From Candidatus Latescibacterota bacterium (GTDB lineage: Bacteria > Latescibacterota > UBA2968 > UBA8231): a stretch of DNA of 64,000 nucleotides. The notes under the pieces are model-generated. The model was not told the origin of the DNA and ran no database searches. It saw nothing but the letters and a program-made list of their open reading frames with translations. Below, one piece after another: positions 59,481 through 64,000 of the stretch. The position numbers and the translations under genes are program-made. Within the stretch, counting starts at the first letter, position 1. Each line of letters begins with the position of its first letter. The stretch is from the NCBI GenBank assembly GCA_965197905.1, contig CBDAOB010000004.1, forward strand, positions 960,001-1,024,000, written 5' to 3'.

Positions 59481-60359
59481 ATGGATACCGCCTTCACCAA
59501 CAGCAAAGAGCAGATCGCCATCGCTCCCCGGGACGAGACGGACTGGTCGAGCCTGACACGGGCGGAGCAGATCCGAAACATCGAGCTGGAGGGGTATGTC
59601 GTCCTGCCCGATCTGCTCTCCCCGGAGACGTTGGAGACGATCCGGGAGGAGCTGCGCCGGCTGCCCATGCGGAGCACCGACTACAGCCCGCACCAGCAGG
59701 GCTCCCAGAATGTCCAATGGACCGATTCGCCGACCGCCACCGACGTCATCGCCCACGCACCCATGATCCAGTTCTTAAAGGACCTCTTCGGTGATGAGGT
59801 GATCTGCACCTCCTGCGGCTACGGCTGCTCGGAGCCGGGTCACCCAGGTATTGCCATACACACCGACGCACAGCCGTACGGCTCGAAGATCTTCGGCTTG
59901 CAGTCGAGCTCGCCGGTGTTGGCGCGCGCCCTGTATTACCTCGACGACCAGACCCCGGACTGCTCGCCGTTCAAGGTGATACCCCGCTCCCATCTGTCGA
60001 TGCATATTCACGGCAATCCGTACAACCGCTTTCTGAGCCATACCGAAGAAATGATGGTGTGTTGCAAGGCGGGCTCGGCGGTGGTGATCAACCAGAATGT
60101 GTTCCATGGCAATTTTCCGAATCACAGCGACCGCGACCGGCGCATGCTGGCCATCGCGTACCGTCCAAACTGGGCCGGTCCTATCGGTGACGTTGAAGAA
60201 GACTGGGAGCCGGAGAAGGTGGCTACGCTTCCGGAGCACATAAAACCGTTCTTCCGCAGCCTCAATACGCGTAGTATCGACTTCGATGTGCCGAACCGTC
60301 CGGATGGCATGGCTCGGGATGCCGGCGGCATCGGCCCCAGCCGCTGGGGACCCTCCTAG
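59481..60359 (+). CDS. PhyH-family dioxygenase
   Basis: EGYVVLPD, AIHTD, LYYLDD, PRSHLS and VFHGNFPN...RRML. Confidence 0.88.
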   Translation: MDTAFTNSKEQIAIAPRDETDWSSLTRAEQIRNIELEGYVVLPDLLSPETLETIREELRRLPMRSTDYSPHQQGSQNVQWTDSPTATDVIAHAPMIQFLKDLFGDEVICTSCGYGCSEPGHPGIAIHTDAQPYGSKIFGLQSSSPVLARALYYLDDQTPDCSPFKVIPRSHLSMHIHGNPYNRFLSHTEEMMVCCKAGSAVVINQNVFHGNFPNHSDRDRRMLAIAYRPNWAGPIGDVEEDWEPEKVATLPEHIKPFFRSLNTRSIDFDVPNRPDGMARDAGGIGPSRWGPS

Positions 60360-60386
60360 CGTCAGCCTGAGACCTAACTGCCGCCC

Positions 60387-61526
60387 GTGGGATACGACGT
60401 CATTGTCATAGGTGGCGGCATTGTTGGTAGCGCCGCAGCCTATCATCTCACATCCAGTGGGGCGCAAACCCTGCTGCTCGATCGCAAGGACGTCGGTCGG
60501 GCAACGGACGCTGGCGCCGGTATACTCTCCGCGGCAACTGCCACCAGAGAATCGGATCGTTTCGACTTCGGGATTCGCGCCTTCGATTATTTTCCAGGAT
60601 TGGTCGCGCGCTTGAACGCCGAACAGGACGGCGACACGGGATACGCGGTCTGTGGCAAACTAATCGTCGCCATCAGCGAGGATGAAGAAGCGGCCTACCA
60701 ACACGCCAGGTCGCAGATATTCGATCGCCAGCAAAAAACAGGTCGTCCGGATGCTGCCCAGCTGCGCGAGGTTTCTGCAGCCGAAGCGAGTGTCTTGTTC
60801 CCGCCGCTGGCGCCTGCACGCGGCGCCATCCATTACACCGAGGGAAGACGCGTCGACGGCCGCCTGCTACATCGAGCACTGCAGCAAGCGGCGCTGTCTC
60901 ATGGACTCGAAGTGGAGGAAGCCTCCGTTGACGAGCTCGTCCGCGAGGGGAACCGAGTCACCGGCGTCATGATCGGTACGCGAAAGCTCGAGGCGAAGAA
61001 CGTGATCATCGCCGGCGGCGCCTGGTCCAGCCAGTTCGGTCATCAGCTCGGGATCCAGATTCCAGTGAATCCACAGCGCGGGCAGATCATCCACCTTGGA
61101 CTGCCCGGCGTCGACACCTCCAACTGGGCGATCGTGAGCGCCTTTCGGGGTCACTACATGGTCCCCTGGGATGACAGCCGCGTCGTGGTCGGCGCCACCC
61201 GGGAAACTGGATCGGGCTTCGAGCCACGGACGACGGCTGCCGGCGTCGAGGAGATCTTGGACGAAGCCTGCCGCGTGGCGCCGGGACTCGAGGATGCGGA
61301 GATTCGCGAGATCCGCGTTGGGCTGAGACCCCTGGTGCCCGACGGCGTTCCCGTCCTCGGTCCCGTTCCTGGAATCGAGGGTATCCTCCTGGCCACCGGG
61401 CATGGACCGTCGGGATTGCAGCTGGGGCCGTACAGTGGCAAGCTCGTTGGCGACCTCGCCATGGGGCTCGACCTGGAAACGGACCTCGAGCCCTTCAGCA
61501 TCTCACGGTTCAACGGCATCACCTAG
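60387..61526 (+). CDS. FAD-dependent oxidoreductase (D-amino acid/glycine oxidase family)
   Basis: VIGGGIVG, ATDAGAG, AGGAW, PQRGQ, GLRP..PDG.P and ATGHG..GL. Confidence 0.9.
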   Translation: MGYDVIVIGGGIVGSAAAYHLTSSGAQTLLLDRKDVGRATDAGAGILSAATATRESDRFDFGIRAFDYFPGLVARLNAEQDGDTGYAVCGKLIVAISEDEEAAYQHARSQIFDRQQKTGRPDAAQLREVSAAEASVLFPPLAPARGAIHYTEGRRVDGRLLHRALQQAALSHGLEVEEASVDELVREGNRVTGVMIGTRKLEAKNVIIAGGAWSSQFGHQLGIQIPVNPQRGQIIHLGLPGVDTSNWAIVSAFRGHYMVPWDDSRVVVGATRETGSGFEPRTTAAGVEEILDEACRVAPGLEDAEIREIRVGLRPLVPDGVPVLGPVPGIEGILLATGHGPSGLQLGPYSGKLVGDLAMGLDLETDLEPFSISRFNGIT

Positions 61527-61652
61527 CGCTAAGCCGATACGGCCTGGACCCGAACCGGTTGTTTCCCCTCGATGGTTTGGTTTTAATCTGGCGGGTCGAG
61601 AGCGACTCACCGGATTACACTGAATCAACATCCCTGACTAACGGAGATCGAA

Positions 61653-63242
61653 ATGGCTGACCAACGGCAGGAAATCCTCGAACGCGGCAGTTACTTTCCC
61701 GGCGACTGGGTGCGGCCACGGTACAACCCCGGCACCTGGATGGCGATGGTGGACGTGGCGGAGATCTTTACCGGCCACCGCAGCCTTACGCGCGATGGTC
61801 GCTATGAGATGTTCGACGGACCGCTCGGTGTGCAATTGCGGGTGGAGAAGGCGAACAAATCGGAGCCGTTTCTGATCCCGGAAAAGGAATGGGAAACCGG
61901 TCACTTTGGCCCCTCATATATCTGGAACGAGGACGGACGCCTCCACATGTTTTACAGCGCCGGAGATAACAGCTGCTATGCCGTCAGCGATGACGGCTAC
62001 AACTGGGAACGGCCGGTTCTGGGCCAGACCGAGTTCAAAGGATCAACGGAGAACAACCTTCTCAAGACACCGGTGCCTGGCAGCATCTTCGAAGATCCCT
62101 CGGCGCCGGCGGCAGAACGCTACAAAGCGCTGGAGGCACAGGGCTATTGGAAAGATCGCGACTCCGGTGTGGAGGTTGACGGCGACGAGGCGGACAAATG
62201 CTGGCGTGCCGAACATTACGAAGGGACAGCTTATTCCGGTCGCAAGGTCGTTCTGAAAGGCCGCATGATGGGTTGGACCTCGCCCGACCGCTTCACCTGG
62301 ACCAAGATCGACGAACCGCTCGCCAATTATTCGGTGAATGGCGGCATCTGTCCCGGGTACGACGAGCACAACGAGGACTACTTCGCCTTCATTCAGCCAC
62401 AAGGCTGCGCCCCCGTTGAACCGCGAAGCATGGGGACCAGCATCCCCGAGACCGAGGTAGTGCGGCGCGCGGTGGGGTTAACGCGCACCAAGGACTTCAG
62501 TAAATGGCCCGCGGCCAAATTATTGATCCATCCCGATGCCCAGGACCCATTGGACATTTCCTATTACGGCGCGTGTTATTTTGCCTATCCGGGCCGCCAG
62601 GATCTTCACGCCATGTTTCTTTCGGTGTTCCACCAGATCACCGACACCGTGGATATGCAGCTCGCCTTCAGCCGCGATGGCATCGTCTGGACGCGGCCGG
62701 AACGCCGGGCCATAACGAATTTGGGTGCGCAAGGAAGCGGCGAAGAGGCTCAGCTCCACATATGGCGCCACGGTCTGGTAGAGCTACCCGATGGAAATTG
62801 GGCCGTGCCCTACCAGGGCCACTCGATCCTGCATACGGTGGACAATGAGGACATCCGCAAGGCTCTTTTCCCGGACGCGCAACCGATACAAAACCGTTGG
62901 GCGCGCTGGCGCCGCCACCGCCTGTGCGGAGTAGAGGCGGAAAACGAAGGATCCTTCACCATACCCACCGTGTTTCGCCGCAAAAAGGAACTGCGCCTCA
63001 ACTATCGCTGCGCCCCGGGGGGTTGGATCAAGATCGAGCTGCTGCCGTATATCCCGACGATGTTGCTCCCGGACGCTAACCCGCTGAAAGGCTACTCCTT
63101 CGAGGAGTGCGACCGCCTGGTGGGAGACGAAGAAGACCAGGTCGTCACCTGGAAAGGCAGTAGCGATATCACCGGGGTCGGTGAGATGGCGGCCATTCGG
63201 GTGCAGATGTTTCAGTCGAAGCTGTTCGCATACCGGCTCTAG
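61653..63242 (+). CDS. Beta-propeller glycoside hydrolase-like protein
   Basis: YAVSDDGYNWERP, EDP.AP..ERYK and FSRDGIVWTR; C-terminal ELRLNY...GYS...VTW...KLFAY. Confidence 0.75.
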   Translation: MADQRQEILERGSYFPGDWVRPRYNPGTWMAMVDVAEIFTGHRSLTRDGRYEMFDGPLGVQLRVEKANKSEPFLIPEKEWETGHFGPSYIWNEDGRLHMFYSAGDNSCYAVSDDGYNWERPVLGQTEFKGSTENNLLKTPVPGSIFEDPSAPAAERYKALEAQGYWKDRDSGVEVDGDEADKCWRAEHYEGTAYSGRKVVLKGRMMGWTSPDRFTWTKIDEPLANYSVNGGICPGYDEHNEDYFAFIQPQGCAPVEPRSMGTSIPETEVVRRAVGLTRTKDFSKWPAAKLLIHPDAQDPLDISYYGACYFAYPGRQDLHAMFLSVFHQITDTVDMQLAFSRDGIVWTRPERRAITNLGAQGSGEEAQLHIWRHGLVELPDGNWAVPYQGHSILHTVDNEDIRKALFPDAQPIQNRWARWRRHRLCGVEAENEGSFTIPTVFRRKKELRLNYRCAPGGWIKIELLPYIPTMLLPDANPLKGYSFEECDRLVGDEEDQVVTWKGSSDITGVGEMAAIRVQMFQSKLFAYRL

Positions 63243-63350
63243 CAGTCCGCGCGGGACGTGAACCGCATTCTAAGAACTCGGACTCCTTGCTTTTTGCGCT
63301 GGGTTGTCAAATCGTGTGGAACCGCGGTGCCTCCCACTCTGCAGGATGGA

Positions 63351-64000
63351 TCAAGACATCGGGAGTCCCTCGGGCAGATCCTGATTCTCGCCGAGAATCC
63401 ACAGTGGCTGAGAGAAAGCCCACTGAGCCAGCTCCGGTTGCTCGGCCGGCCAGCGGAGCTCGTCGCTCTCGCATTCGACGCGGACGTACCCCTCATCACC
63501 CGCGACGCGATACTCCGCCGACGATGATTCTGCTTCCAACAAGGTTCGTCCGCCGCGTCCGACGAACCGAACGCGCGACGCGTTTTCCGTTGCGACGCAG
63601 ATGTTGCCATCCTTCAGGGTAAGCGACGACACCGAAACGCCGGTTGTAGCGTAGAAGCCTCCGGTCCGCAGCGCCCGCAGTACCTCCTCCACAGTGAGCG
63701 AATCAGCCCAGACCTCGGCCCAGGCGGAGAACGGCTCGGCGCCGCCTTCGCGACCGACCGTATGCATATCGTCGTTGCCGTACCCCCAACAGCTGACCCC
63801 GGCGCTGAGGATGCCGTCCCAAAGCCGGCGGGCAAATCCGCTTTCGCCGGTGGGATTCTCCCGCCTCCCGTGCCGCATGACGTATCCGTTGACTACTTCG
63901 ATGCCGTCGAAGCCGCGGCGTTCGGGATGATCCAGGAAAAACTCCGGCTCGTCTTCCCACTCGTTGGGATGGGGCAGGAAGACCACGCCACCCGCTTCCT
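63351..64000 (-). CDS. PHP-domain (CehA/McbA-like) metallohydrolase, partial at window edge
   Basis: HPN, GIEVVNG, LWD..L, GYGNDDMH, ALRTGGFYATTG and AFSQP. Confidence 0.75.
   Translation of the reverse strand, partial: EAGGVVFLPHPNEWEDEPEFFLDHPERRGFDGIEVVNGYVMRHGRRENPTGESGFARRLWDGILSAGVSCWGYGNDDMHTVGREGGAEPFSAWAEVWADSLTVEEVLRALRTGGFYATTGVSVSSLTLKDGNICVATENASRVRFVGRGGRTLLEAESSSAEYRVAGDEGYVRVECESDELRWPAEQPELAQWAFSQPLWILGENQDLPEGLPMS

Overview
GC-rich bacterial accessory region with no rRNA, intact tRNA, CRISPR array or core housekeeping operon. It is a mosaic of about 50 catabolic or uncharacterised genes: seven phytanoyl-CoA-dioxygenase-family (PhyH) Fe/2OG enzymes, five paralogous beta-propeller hydrolase-like genes, two TIM-barrel glycosidase-like paralogs, two arylsulfatases, two DUF3604-like proteins, amidohydrolases, aldo-keto reductases, VOC proteins and a secreted FlgD-Ig/T9SS-type C-terminal-domain protein. 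This content suggests a Latescibacterota- or Poribacteria-like organism (inference only). Many genes are broken by in-frame stops, 1-nt frameshifts, large internal deletions or fusion of unrelated gene scraps. The most striking structure is at least seven related copies of an IS91/ISCR-type oriIS end (terminus close to ...TCCTATAC, nearly always followed by TT) with no intact transposase in the window. Several copies abut truncated genes or a same-strand stack of gene fragments, which suggests non-autonomous rolling-circle (Helitron-like) gene capture. All family calls come from motifs recognised by eye; no database search was run.
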